From the NCBI RefSeq assembly GCF_000017305.1, contig NC_009806.1, positions 150,001-182,000 of the forward strand: a DNA stretch of 32,000 bases, in the 5' to 3' direction. How positions within the stretch are numbered: position 1 is the stretch's first letter; every line of letters starts with the position of its first letter. The position numbers and the translations under genes are program-made. Shown piece after piece: positions 8,518 to 15,848 of the stretch. The notes beneath the pieces were generated by a model. That model had not been told where the DNA came from, did no database searches, and saw only the letters and a list, made by a program, of their open reading frames with translations. The stretch comes from Kineococcus radiotolerans SRS30216 = ATCC BAA-149 (GTDB lineage Bacteria; Actinomycetota; Actinomycetes; Actinomycetales; Kineococcaceae).

Positions 8518-8568
8518 GCGTGTCGTTGTCGCTGCGCACGACACGCCCCGAAAACCTAGCACACTAGG
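8518..8568 (-). promoter_or_regulatory. Island promoter/leader cassette, copy B (variant)
   Basis: Minus strand CCTAGTGTGCTAGGTTTT (TGC-TAGGTT extended -10). It is followed by a perfect 9-bp hairpin GCGTGTCGT / GCGCAGCGACA / ACGACACGC at 8546-8518. Confidence 0.6.
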
Positions 8569-8651
8569 AGTTGGTGCAGGCGGGAGCGTGGCGTCGCCGT
8601 GGGGCCGGTTGACCCCTGATGGTGGTGCGGTGAACGGGTGGTCGGTGATCT

Positions 8652-9002
8652 TCAGATCTCGTTGCGTCGGGAGAAGGTGGCGCAGGCGACGAGCTGGGAG
8701 GACTCGCTGCCGGGGATGAAGCGGATGTCGTAGAAGCAGCCGCTGAGCTCGTCTAGCGCGGTCAGGGGAGGGGCTCCGCAGGACCTGGTGACCAAGTCGG
8801 TCATGTCCTTGGCGTTGACCCGCAGCTTCACGAACGGGGTCCTTGGTGTCAGTGCTTCACCTACGGGACACAGGTAGGCCAGGAAGAAGGAGCCTGGCTC
8901 CGAGGCCAGGCCCGTGCGCGCAGCCGCCCCGCCAGCGGATGTCGAGGTGCTCGCGGGCGGGTTAGCGCGCTCGCCGCGGCCGCGGCGGTCGAAGAGGCTC
9001 AT
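8652..9002 (-). CDS. Hypothetical protein (116 aa), translationally coupled to whiB
   Basis: The ATG overlaps the whiB stop (ATGA at 8999-9002). Sequence MSLFDRRGRG...FFLAYLCPVGE...CFYDIRFIPGSESSQLVACATFSRRNEI. The upstream part of the 235-aa track ORF is whiB shadow. Confidence 0.6.
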   Translation of the reverse strand: MSLFDRRGRGERANPPASTSTSAGGAAARTGLASEPGSFFLAYLCPVGEALTPRTPFVKLRVNAKDMTDLVTRSCGAPPLTALDELSGCFYDIRFIPGSESSQLVACATFSRRNEI

Positions 9003-9289
9003 CGTGTGCCCTCCCGCCGGTCCTTCTTCAGGCGCCGGCGCTCGCGCTCGGACAGCCCGCCCCAGATGCCGAAGCGCTCGTCGTGGGCCAGGGCGTACTC
9101 GAGGCACTGCTGGCGCACGTCGCAGGACTGGCACACCGCGCGCGCCGTCTTCGATGGTCCGCCCTTCTCGGGGAAGAAGACTTCGGGGTCGGTCTGGGCG
9201 CACAGTCCTGCCTCGCGCCAGGACGACGACGTGCCGTCGTCCGGCTCGGGGGTGGGGGTCTCGAAGCGGTGAAGTGTGTCGAGGGTCAT
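8999..9289 (-). CDS. whiB: WhiB-family (Wbl) Fe-S transcriptional regulator
   Basis: Four Cys in the C-x(n)-C-x2-C-x5-C pattern (CAQTDPEVFFPE...CQSCDVRQQC), then the GIWGGLSERERRRL turn and a basic tail. AGGAGG lies upstream of the ATG at 9289. Confidence 0.9.
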   Translation of the reverse strand: MTLDTLHRFETPTPEPDDGTSSSWREAGLCAQTDPEVFFPEKGGPSKTARAVCQSCDVRQQCLEYALAHDERFGIWGGLSERERRRLKKDRREGTR

Positions 9290-9320
9290 GACGTTGTCCT
9301 CCTGCTGGTTGGGTGGTGGC

Positions 9321-9370
9321 CGGTTCCGGTCGCTGTCGGTGCCGAGCAACTAGAACCATAGCACGCTAGG
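9321..9370 (-). promoter_or_regulatory. Island promoter/leader cassette, copy A
   Basis: Minus strand CCTAGCGTGCTATGGTTC, then hairpin CGGCACCG / ACAGCGAC / CGGAACCG, then CAACCAG and AGGAGG before the whiB ATG. Confidence 0.65.
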
Positions 9371-9632
9371 TCTGTCGTCGCAGCAATCCTCCTTGTGTCC
9401 TGTCTTACCCAGGTAGGTGCCGCTGACGGCACTGCTGTGACAGGTGCAGCACCCAATCTCGGCATTGGGTCGGCGGTGCACGGTCATCGGCCGGGTTGTC
9501 CGGTAGGGCCCTGTCGCTTCTACCGGCCAGACTGGCCAGCCCTCGCCTCTGCCGTGGTGGCCCGTCGTGAACGCCCCGTGTGCGCTGTCCACAGGCGGAT
9601 CGCGCCGTCACTCGAGGCGAAGGTCATCCGCG

Positions 9633-9875
9633 ATGATCGGCCGCGTGCAGAAGATGGCCGTCGAACAGTGGTGGACTCAGGCCGACCCCGTCACTCGGAT
9701 CCGTGCGCTGCGACTCGAGGCAGCGGACTTGCTGCCCGAAGACATGCAGGTCGACCTAGCGATGGCCGGAGTCACGGTGAGCGCCATCGGTTGCGGATGG
9801 GACCAGCAGCCTGAGGGGTACTGGGTGCCTCAAGTCCTGTGGGACTTCTTGCGAGCCCGTGACCACGACGACTGA
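9633..9875 (+). CDS. Hypothetical small protein (80 aa)
   Basis: ORF with reasonable G/C bias at third codon positions. Start uncertain (9633 or 9654). One of few plus-strand genes in the island. Confidence 0.5.
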   Translation: MIGRVQKMAVEQWWTQADPVTRIRALRLEAADLLPEDMQVDLAMAGVTVSAIGCGWDQQPEGYWVPQVLWDFLRARDHDD

Positions 9876-9968
9876 CCGGCCACTGGAGGGAAACCGCCGC
9901 GGGCTTCCCGACGGTCCGCGAAGACGTCAGGAAGTCCGCTTCATCCTCGATGGGAGAACCTGAGCAAC

Positions 9969-11018
9969 TCACTCGTTCGGGGCCGGAAGCGGCGGCTGGG
10001 AAGGAGGGACGGTTGTGAGAGCCGCCTTGGCCTCGCACCGGTCTGGTTCGTTCTCGGCCCACACCTGGTCGAAGTCGGGTCCGACCCAGGCCGTCACACA
10101 GGTCCGAGAACGAAGCATCAGCGCTGCTGTCGCGTAGCGCTCATCTGATGCCACCTGGATGCCGGCGGCGGACGGCGACGCGGTCGAGCTCAACGCCTGA
10201 CGGAGCCGCTCCTGAGCTGTCCACGACGCAGAAGCGTTGGCCCGCAATGCATCCTGCAAAGCGGCGACCTGCAGCTGCCCAACCCCCGACCACGGCCAGC
10301 CGATCTGATCGATCTGGCGCAGCGATGCAGCCTTGAGGTCAGAGCTGAGCTGCTCACCGGTGTTCAGATCAACATCGCTCGACCGGGCTGCACAATCACG
10401 AGCCCAGGCCGCGTTCCGCTTCTCCTTGCTCATGAAGGAGGCGGGGGAGAACAGGCCGTCGTCCAGGCTGGGCTTCGTGTCGGGATCCAAGGTGCTGACG
10501 CTGACGGTGCGGGCACCGTCGATCCCCTTCGTCGTAGCGGGAGTCACGGTCAAGAGCCGGCAGACGTGCACCGTCTCGGTGGGTTGCCACGAGTGCAGGG
10601 TGAGGCGCTGCCACCACTTGACGTCGTGATCGTTGGCCACCGTGAAGTCCAGCACCGCGCGAAATCCCCGCGCTGCAGCTGGAGCATCCGCGCCGCTGTA
10701 CCCCGGGGCCACGACTTCGGACAGCGACACGCTTGCGCCAGACGCGGCGAAGGTGGCCTGCTGATCCGCACCGCCCGCCCCGGCGACGACGCGTGCCGCG
10801 GCTGCCCCCGCCACCTCATCGAACCTGCTGGTCGCAGGCTCATGGAAGGACGCAGTCGGACCGGCGATGAAGGCGACGCCCGCGAGGAAGAGACCCACGG
10901 CTGCGGCGCCGGCCGCGACAAGAGCAGCGTCGCCCGAGACGCTAAGTCTGCTGCCTCGCTTCCGGTTCTGGGGGGCGGACTTGCTGAGGTCGGTTCGTTC
11001 CACGGGCTGATCGATCAC
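9969..11018 (-). CDS. Membrane-anchored, probably extracytoplasmic hypothetical protein
   Basis: N-terminal TM helix AALVAAGAAAVGLFLAGVAFIAG followed by a 300-aa soluble domain. The GTG start overlaps the upstream stop (GTGA at 11015-11018). Confidence 0.7.
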   Translation of the reverse strand: MIDQPVERTDLSKSAPQNRKRGSRLSVSGDAALVAAGAAAVGLFLAGVAFIAGPTASFHEPATSRFDEVAGAAAARVVAGAGGADQQATFAASGASVSLSEVVAPGYSGADAPAAARGFRAVLDFTVANDHDVKWWQRLTLHSWQPTETVHVCRLLTVTPATTKGIDGARTVSVSTLDPDTKPSLDDGLFSPASFMSKEKRNAAWARDCAARSSDVDLNTGEQLSSDLKAASLRQIDQIGWPWSGVGQLQVAALQDALRANASASWTAQERLRQALSSTASPSAAGIQVASDERYATAALMLRSRTCVTAWVGPDFDQVWAENEPDRCEAKAALTTVPPSQPPLPAPNE

Positions 11019-11365
11019 AAGTCTTCGGGTCCTTCCGTGCTCTTGACGTCACGACTCAGGTAGCGGTGGAGCATCTGCCGATCCAGTTCGCGGATCGGCT
11101 TGGTCACCGCCGCCGTTTCACGGGGGAGGTTGACGGCGTCGGGCCATCCGGTCAGGCTCACCGGCGCAGCGCCTCCAGGGCCACCGCCGGCCGCCGTGAC
11201 CGCCGGTTCTCTGAGGTGCCGGTCTTGATCGGTGCACTCGCTGCCGCTGGGAGCATGGTGGGTGAGGATGCGGTGGCCCATCGAGGACGCCTCGTCTCGT
11301 CTGCAGGGGGTGGTATCGATGGAAGGTGTCGGTGCAGGTGGCGGCGAGCGGTGCGCGCCGCTCAC
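11015..11365 (-). CDS. Hypothetical protein (116 aa)
   Basis: Start/stop overlaps at both ends (GTGA at 11362-11365 and at 11015-11018). Moderate G/C bias at third codon positions. Confidence 0.45.
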   Translation of the reverse strand: MSGAHRSPPPAPTPSIDTTPCRRDEASSMGHRILTHHAPSGSECTDQDRHLREPAVTAAGGGPGGAAPVSLTGWPDAVNLPRETAAVTKPIRELDRQMLHRYLSRDVKSTEGPEDL

Positions 11366-12588
11366 GTCGAGCGCGGTTCCTTGGCTGCCGCCTGAGCGGC
11401 GGACACCCCGTCGTCGTAATCGTCGATGTGGATCCCGCCCGTGGGGTCATAGCGGCCGCCGACGTGGTCGGGGTCGTAAGCCATGAAGACCACGTCGGGG
11501 CGCCCGCCGTTGTAGGCGGAGTAGGTCTCGTAGCTCCACCCGTCGGGGGCGTACTCGTCGTTCCACCGCAGCCTCGCAGTCGGGACGAAGCCGGCAGCGG
11601 AGTAGACGCGAGGGAGGACGGTGTCGAAGCAGTCCAGGCGTCGGCCCCCGGCGGCGACGGCGGTGGCGAGCATGGACTCAGCGCACCCGCGGTGCTCTCC
11701 GTCGGCGCGGGAGAACACCGAGACGATCTCGTCGCCCTTCAAGGCCACGCCGGAGCGGCCGTCGTCGGTGACCAGCAGGCGCATCTGGGCGTACTCCTGC
11801 TCGGAGTAGACGTAGACCGACGCCGCGTAGGGAGTGCTCGACGCCAGTGCCGCGATCGAGTCGCGGTAGGCGCCGGCGTCCGCTGGCGCGAGCTCGTGCA
11901 GGGTCGGAGTGGACTTGCCCTGGGCGCGCAGCCGTGCGGCGAGGTCTTCAGGCGGTTGGTGCACCGCGATGGGCTGCACCGATCGCCCGTCGATCAGAAG
12001 CCGATCAGGAGCGCCTCCTCGATCGCCCCGTCCGACCACTGCGCCTCGATCGTCTCCCGCTGCGCCTGGGGCAGCTCCGGGCGCCAGCCCTGCCGCCGCA
12101 GGAACGCCTCGCGCTCCTCCGGCGTCAGGCGACTGGCCGCGGGACGGTGCTGCGGGCTGGTGGGTTCGGTCACGGTCGTTTCCCTGCTCTCTGGTGTCGG
12201 TCGTGCTGCTGGCTGTGCTGCTGGTCGTGCCGCTGGGCGACTCGGTGCTGGTGGTCAGGGTGGAGGAAGACTCCGGCTGGGTCACCTCGGCGGCAGCAGC
12301 TCGCGCTGCAGCGCGTCGCTGGCGACCCTCCGCCAGGCGCTGCCGCAGGTGCTCCCGCTCTGCCGCTGTTCCCTCGACGTCGCCGTGCTCCAGTCGCTGC
12401 TGCAGGTCACGCTGCCCGGCGGGGGTGGAGTCGAAGTCCCGTTGGGCGTCCCGGTGACGCTGCAGCGCCTGCTGCCGTGACGGACCGTCGACACCGGCCT
12501 CCTCCAGCTCCTGTAGGCGCGCAGCAGCGGCCTCCAGGCGGTGCCGCCCATGGGCTGAGCAGCGCGGCCCAGGCTTCTTCTGACACAT
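11362..12588 (-). CDS. Long ORF with a C-terminal GNAT-like acetyltransferase domain. It is probably a composite of up to three coding segments (see finding).
   Basis: The ATG at 12588 (MCQKKPGPRCSAHG) has GAGGAAGG upstream. The C-terminal 205 aa (from the GTG at 11979) show a GNAT-like pattern (LLVTDDGRSGVALKGDEIVSVF...GCAESMLATAVAAGGRRLDCFDTVLPRVYSAAGFV). Between 12173 and 11994 the codon bias favours a different frame. Confidence 0.55.
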   Translation of the reverse strand: MCQKKPGPRCSAHGRHRLEAAAARLQELEEAGVDGPSRQQALQRHRDAQRDFDSTPAGQRDLQQRLEHGDVEGTAAEREHLRQRLAEGRQRRAAARAAAAEVTQPESSSTLTTSTESPSGTTSSTASSTTDTREQGNDRDRTHQPAAPSRGQSPDAGGARGVPAAAGLAPGAAPGAAGDDRGAVVGRGDRGGAPDRLLIDGRSVQPIAVHQPPEDLAARLRAQGKSTPTLHELAPADAGAYRDSIAALASSTPYAASVYVYSEQEYAQMRLLVTDDGRSGVALKGDEIVSVFSRADGEHRGCAESMLATAVAAGGRRLDCFDTVLPRVYSAAGFVPTARLRWNDEYAPDGWSYETYSAYNGGRPDVVFMAYDPDHVGGRYDPTGGIHIDDYDDGVSAAQAAAKEPRST

Positions 12589-12670
12589 CGTCTTCGCCCT
12601 TCCTCGGTCTCGGTTCACCTCGGTAGGTGCTCCTGGGCCCTCGGGTGTGACAGGAGAAGGCCGCGGCCCA

Positions 12671-12928
12671 TCACCGCGTCGCTTGGCCAGCTCGTTCGAG
12701 CCGCGAGCCGCGAGCCGAGAGCCGCGAGGTGCTGAGGGAGGGGTGCCGCCGGTGGCGGGGGTGCGTCAGGTCTGGTGGGCAGGTGCTGGCGCCTGGGGCG
12801 GGGCGCTGCCCTCCTTCCGCCGGGGCTGGCGGTAGGTGCAGCGGGGGGCTGGTCGTCCGCCTGCCGCTGCACCTGGCGTTGACCTCCGGGAGGGGAGTAC
12901 CGCGGGGTAGCCGTTGCTGCCTGGTCAC
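12671..12928 (-). CDS. Possible Arg/Pro-rich small basic protein (85 aa), weak call
   Basis: The GTG overlaps the stop of the upstream gene (GTGA at 12925-12928), and third codon positions are mostly G/C. However, it is low-complexity and contains a 7-bp microsatellite. Confidence 0.25.
   Translation of the reverse strand: MTRQQRLPRGTPLPEVNARCSGRRTTSPPLHLPPAPAEGGQRPAPGASTCPPDLTHPRHRRHPSLSTSRLSARGSRLERAGQATR
12698..12728. repeat. 7-bp microsatellite GAGCCGC, about 4.4 copies
   Basis: GAGCCGC GAGCCGC GAGCCGA GAGCCGC GAG read directly from the sequence. Confidence 0.85.
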
Positions 12929-13173
12929 GGCCTCGGATGGCGCCACGCGGCGCTCGCGGCCCGGTAGGCCGCCTCCAAACGCCGCGCGAGGTCGTCAAGT
13001 GCTGGTTCGACGGCTCGGTCGAGGGCGATGCCGGCGAGGGTCACCAGCGTGAGCAGGAGGAGGAGGGCGGCGAGCGCGATCAGGCGGCGACGCCGGTACA
13101 TGCGCTGACGCTCGAGGCCGGTGGGGCTGGCCAGCAGGTAGGGGTGGGCGGCGGGTCGGGTGGGCTGGAACAT
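12925..13173 (-). CDS. Small single-pass membrane protein (82 aa)
   Basis: RRRRLIALAALLLLLTLVTLAGIAL transmembrane helix. AGGAG lies 7 nt upstream of the ATG. Confidence 0.6.
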   Translation of the reverse strand: MFQPTRPAAHPYLLASPTGLERQRMYRRRRLIALAALLLLLTLVTLAGIALDRAVEPALDDLARRLEAAYRAASAAWRHPRP

Positions 13174-13336
13174 GGGAGCGGTCTCCTGACCTGAGGGGTG
13201 GGTCGGCCTACGGGGGGTGGGGAGCAGCTGGGCGTCGTGCGAGGACGACGTCGCCGGGAGCAGGGGCCCGCGCGGTGGTTGCGGTGAACGGGTCTGGCTG
13301 TGGGGGCTGGTCTCGCCGGGTCAGCGGTCCTCGGGG

Positions 13337-13642
13337 TCAGCGGTCCTTAGGGAGAAGGACGGTGGTGACCGAACGGTCGGCCTCGGTGATGACCCAGAAG
13401 GTCTGGTCGTCGATGTCGTAGGCGGAGAACAGGAGCTGACCGCTGTGGACGGCCTGCTCGTTCATGGCGGCGTACTCCGCGCTGATGCTGCCCCAGTCTC
13501 CGCTGGCGTGGCGGGTGAGCAGTCCAGCGATGTCGGTGGGGCCGTGCTGGCGGGTGCGGAGCCAGCGGCGGACGCTGGCCGTCATCACCAGGTGTCCGGT
13601 CTGCACTCGCGGGGTCGGGGTGCTGGGGGCGGTGGCGTCCAC
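13337..13642 (-). CDS. Small conserved protein of a type seen on conjugative plasmids/ICEs (101 aa)
   Basis: RHASGDWGSISAEYAAMNEQAVHSGQLLFSAYDIDDQTFWVITEADRSVTTVLLPKD matches, from memory, the GDWG...N..A...G.R..SAY....IWIITEADRS.TT.LLP family. AGGAGG lies upstream of the GTG. Confidence 0.75.
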   Translation of the reverse strand: MDATAPSTPTPRVQTGHLVMTASVRRWLRTRQHGPTDIAGLLTRHASGDWGSISAEYAAMNEQAVHSGQLLFSAYDIDDQTFWVITEADRSVTTVLLPKDR

Positions 13643-13672
13643 GGTGTCCTCCTGGTTGATGGTGCCGGGTGA

Positions 13673-13718
13673 CGATCGGGTCGCTGTCCGATCGACCTGT
13701 AAACCATAGCACGCTAGG
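13673..13718 (-). promoter_or_regulatory. Island promoter/leader cassette, copy C
   Basis: Minus strand CCTAGCGTGCTATGGTTT, then a perfect 7-bp hairpin CGATCGG / ACAGCGAC / CCGATCG, then CAACCAGGAGG. Confidence 0.65.
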
Positions 13719-13719
13719 T

Positions 13720-14298
13720 CTAGGCGAGGAAAGAGTGCCCGGTTGACGCGGCCTTTGCTCGCAGCGCGTCGCGTGTTCCTTCGATGTCCCGCCCGCCGGC
13801 CAGGCGCCGGTCCGGGTCGAGCGCCAGCAGCTCCAACAGCGCAGTCGCAGCCCCCGCGTGGTCACCGCCTCGGGCGGCCGTCAGGGCGGCCGCCTCCAGT
13901 TGCGCTGCGGCGTGCGAGCGCCGCTCTGCCCGCCGGGCCCTTTCTGCCTCGGTGAGGGTGAGCAGGTCGACGTGCTCGCTGAGGTAGGCGGCGGCGACCG
14001 ACGTCACGTCCTGGGCGCTGAGTCCCGTCGGCGCTTGACGCCCCCACGCGTTGCCCACGGCCGCCGCAGCGTCGTAGAGCGCGGCGTGGCTGAGGTGGTC
14101 GGCCTCGAGGTGGCCCGGCTTCGTCTGGGCGCTGTCCAGGGCATCATCGTTGCCGGCGTCGTTGCCGGCGTCGTTGCCGGCGTCGTGGTGGCTGGCGTAG
14201 CTGGGTGCAGCGTGGGTCTCGGCGAGGATCGCCAGCCGTGCCCGGGCCTTGGGGGACAGGCTGGGCAGCAGGCACTCGCCTATGGGGAAGCGGGACAC
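13720..14298 (-). CDS. Hypothetical helical protein (192 aa) with a (DAGN)3 repeat
   Basis: GGAGG lies upstream of the GTG. Good G/C bias at third codon positions. Contains a 12-bp x3 repeat. Confidence 0.65.
   Translation of the reverse strand: MSRFPIGECLLPSLSPKARARLAILAETHAAPSYASHHDAGNDAGNDAGNDDALDSAQTKPGHLEADHLSHAALYDAAAAVGNAWGRQAPTGLSAQDVTSVAAAYLSEHVDLLTLTEAERARRAERRSHAAAQLEAAALTAARGGDHAGAATALLELLALDPDRRLAGGRDIEGTRDALRAKAASTGHSFLA
14149..14184. repeat. 12-bp tandem repeat GTTGCCGGCGTC x3, in-frame, encoding DAGNDAGNDAGN on the minus strand
   Basis: Three perfect copies at 14149, 14161 and 14173. Confidence 0.9.
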
Positions 14299-14407
14299 GG
14301 TGACCTCCGGGGTGTGATGGGGAGTAGATCAGCGGTGGTGGGCGCCTGGGGGAGTGGGCGCGCAGGTCGCGGCGAGCCCGACCTGTTGGTGCCGACTGGC
14401 GGAGAGT

Positions 14408-14443
14408 CACCCGGCGGCCGCGGGACGCCGCGGCCGCCGGGTG
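14408..14443 (-). terminator. Perfect 16-bp GC-rich hairpin (terminator/attenuator candidate) between the first and second genes of operon D
   Basis: CACCCGGCGGCCGCGG-GACG-CCGCGGCCGCCGGGTG, lying 8 nt downstream of the stop at 14451. No U-tract follows. Confidence 0.5.
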
Positions 14444-14450
14444 GGGCCGG

Positions 14451-14864
14451 TCAGTAGGCCGCTTGCGTCACGTCGGCGCCGAGGGCGCCGGCCTGCTCGT
14501 AGATGTCGCTCAGGCTGACCGTGCGTTCCTCGCCGCGGCTGTTGATCGCCACCGTATAGCCGATGAAGTAGCGCAGGTTCTCGGCACTGACCTCCATGAA
14601 GATCGCCACCGATCCTTCGGCCAGCCACTGCGAGACGTGGGCCGGCACTTCCAGGTCGATCACTTCGTCGGAGCCCTCGACGGCGATGCTGCTCGGCCAG
14701 CTCCCGTCGGGGCTGTTGCTCACCAGACCCGCCCGCAGGGGGTTGTCGTCGGTGGTGATGACCTCCATGCCGGTGGCCGCGGCGAAGTCGGCGAGCGCGC
14801 TGCGAGCGGCCTCATCACGCAGGAGGAAGTAGTTGCTGCGTGCCTTGGCGTGGTAGTCGGCCAT
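14451..14864 (-). CDS. Hypothetical protein (137 aa)
   Basis: MADYHAKARSNYFLLRDEAARSALADFAAATGMEV... First gene after promoter copy D. The upstream part of the track ORF is the translated leader. Confidence 0.7.
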   Translation of the reverse strand: MADYHAKARSNYFLLRDEAARSALADFAAATGMEVITTDDNPLRAGLVSNSPDGSWPSSIAVEGSDEVIDLEVPAHVSQWLAEGSVAIFMEVSAENLRYFIGYTVAINSRGEERTVSLSDIYEQAGALGADVTQAAY

Positions 14865-14901
14865 GAGGTGCCGGTCCCTTCGGGGGTTCTGGTTGGAGTG
14901 G

Positions 14902-14950
14902 GGTGCTGGAGGGTCGCTGTCCCCCAACACCTCAAACAATAGCACACTAT
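14902..14950 (-). promoter_or_regulatory. Island promoter/leader cassette, copy D
   Basis: Minus strand ATAGTGTGCTATTGTTT, then an 11-bp hairpin GGTGTTGGGGG / ACAGCGAC / CCTCCAGCACC, then CAACCAG. Confidence 0.65.
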
Positions 14951-15034
14951 GTACGTCGTGAGGTCAGTTCAGCGAACTCACTGCGTGCGCTCCTTGTGAG
15001 CGCCGGCGCACCGCGAGAGGGGTGCTCGGCCAGC

Positions 15035-15151
15035 TCAGGTAGCGCGACGGGCCAGCTCGGCGGCGACGTCACGGGCCAGGACGCGCAGCGCGGCGACCGA
15101 CAGGTGCGCCACCTCGGCGGTCTCTCCCACCGTCAGGCAGTAGGAGTTCAC
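15035..15151 (-). CDS. Possible 38-aa HTH/excisionase-like peptide
   Basis: The GTG overlaps the upstream stop (GTGA at 15148-15151). VNSYCLTVGETAEVAHLSVAALRVLARD resembles a short MerR/Xis-type HTH. Very short, so weak. Confidence 0.35.
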   Translation of the reverse strand: MNSYCLTVGETAEVAHLSVAALRVLARDVAAELARRAT

Positions 15152-15489
15152 CCCTGCTCGGCGAGCGGGGTGAACTCCTGGGGGCCGGCGACGACCAGGA
15201 CCAGGCCGCTCGCCTCGTCGTGCTGGGACTGGTCGAACACCCGCCCGCACCGCTGGCAGGCGAAGTGCTTCCCGTCCCATCCGTGGTCCATTTCGACCGC
15301 GTTGGTGTCGGAATTGGCGAACCCGTCACCTCGGCCGATGTCGGTCCCGCACACGCACGTCATGCTCTCCAGGTCGTCCGGGATCTCGCACCGGCCGTAC
15401 TCGGCCTCCTGGACGGCGGCCGCGGCTGCGACCGCGTCGCCGGCGCTGGCGAGAATGGCGGCGCGGGGGATGGGGGTCTCGGTGCTCAT
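15148..15489 (-). CDS. Small Cys-rich hypothetical protein (113 aa)
   Basis: CxC...CxxC (MTCVCGTD...FACQRCGRVF) suggests a zinc ribbon. GAGGAGC lies upstream of the ATG. Confidence 0.65.
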   Translation of the reverse strand: MSTETPIPRAAILASAGDAVAAAAAVQEAEYGRCEIPDDLESMTCVCGTDIGRGDGFANSDTNAVEMDHGWDGKHFACQRCGRVFDQSQHDEASGLVLVVAGPQEFTPLAEQG

Positions 15490-15571
15490 CGGGTGCTCCT
15501 CGTGTTCGTGCCGGGTGGTGCGGGGTGCCCGGTCCGCGTCGGCGCGGGTCGGGCAAGGGGTGGAGCTGTGG

Positions 15572-15757
15572 TCAGGCGACGGCCGGGCCGATGATCCATG
15601 CGCTTGGGCCGTGCTCGGCGTACGGGGCGAGGTCCGCGTAGGTCACGCCGTGCGCGGCGAGACCGCGGCGGGTGACCCGGCCCTCGTCGACTGCGGCGGC
15701 CAGGGCTGCGAGCTGCTGCGAGGCGGCGGCGGGGGCCTTGTCCAGGGCGGTGGTCAC
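15572..15757 (-). CDS. Hypothetical small protein (61 aa)
   Basis: GTG at 15757 preceded by CAGGAGC. VTTALDKAPAAASQQLAALAAAVDEGRVTRRGLAAHGVTYADL... Confidence 0.5.
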   Translation of the reverse strand: MTTALDKAPAAASQQLAALAAAVDEGRVTRRGLAAHGVTYADLAPYAEHGPSAWIIGPAVA

Positions 15758-15848
15758 GGCGTGCTCCTGACTCGGGGTCGTGCGCGGGTGTGGGGCGGCA
15801 GTGCGATCCGCCGGCCGCCGCGTCACCGCGGCGGCCGGGGCGTGCAGG

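Noticed and set aside
11326-12626. Plus-strand ORFs 11326-12480, 11847-12626 and 11909-12457
   Set aside because: They are antisense to the GNAT/MCQKK region, where the minus strand has clear motifs, RBSs and coupling overlaps.
12615-12998. 127-aa minus-strand ORF
   Set aside because: It is off-frame relative to the membrane-protein gene and the GTGA-coupled frame, and it has PR-rich shadow composition.
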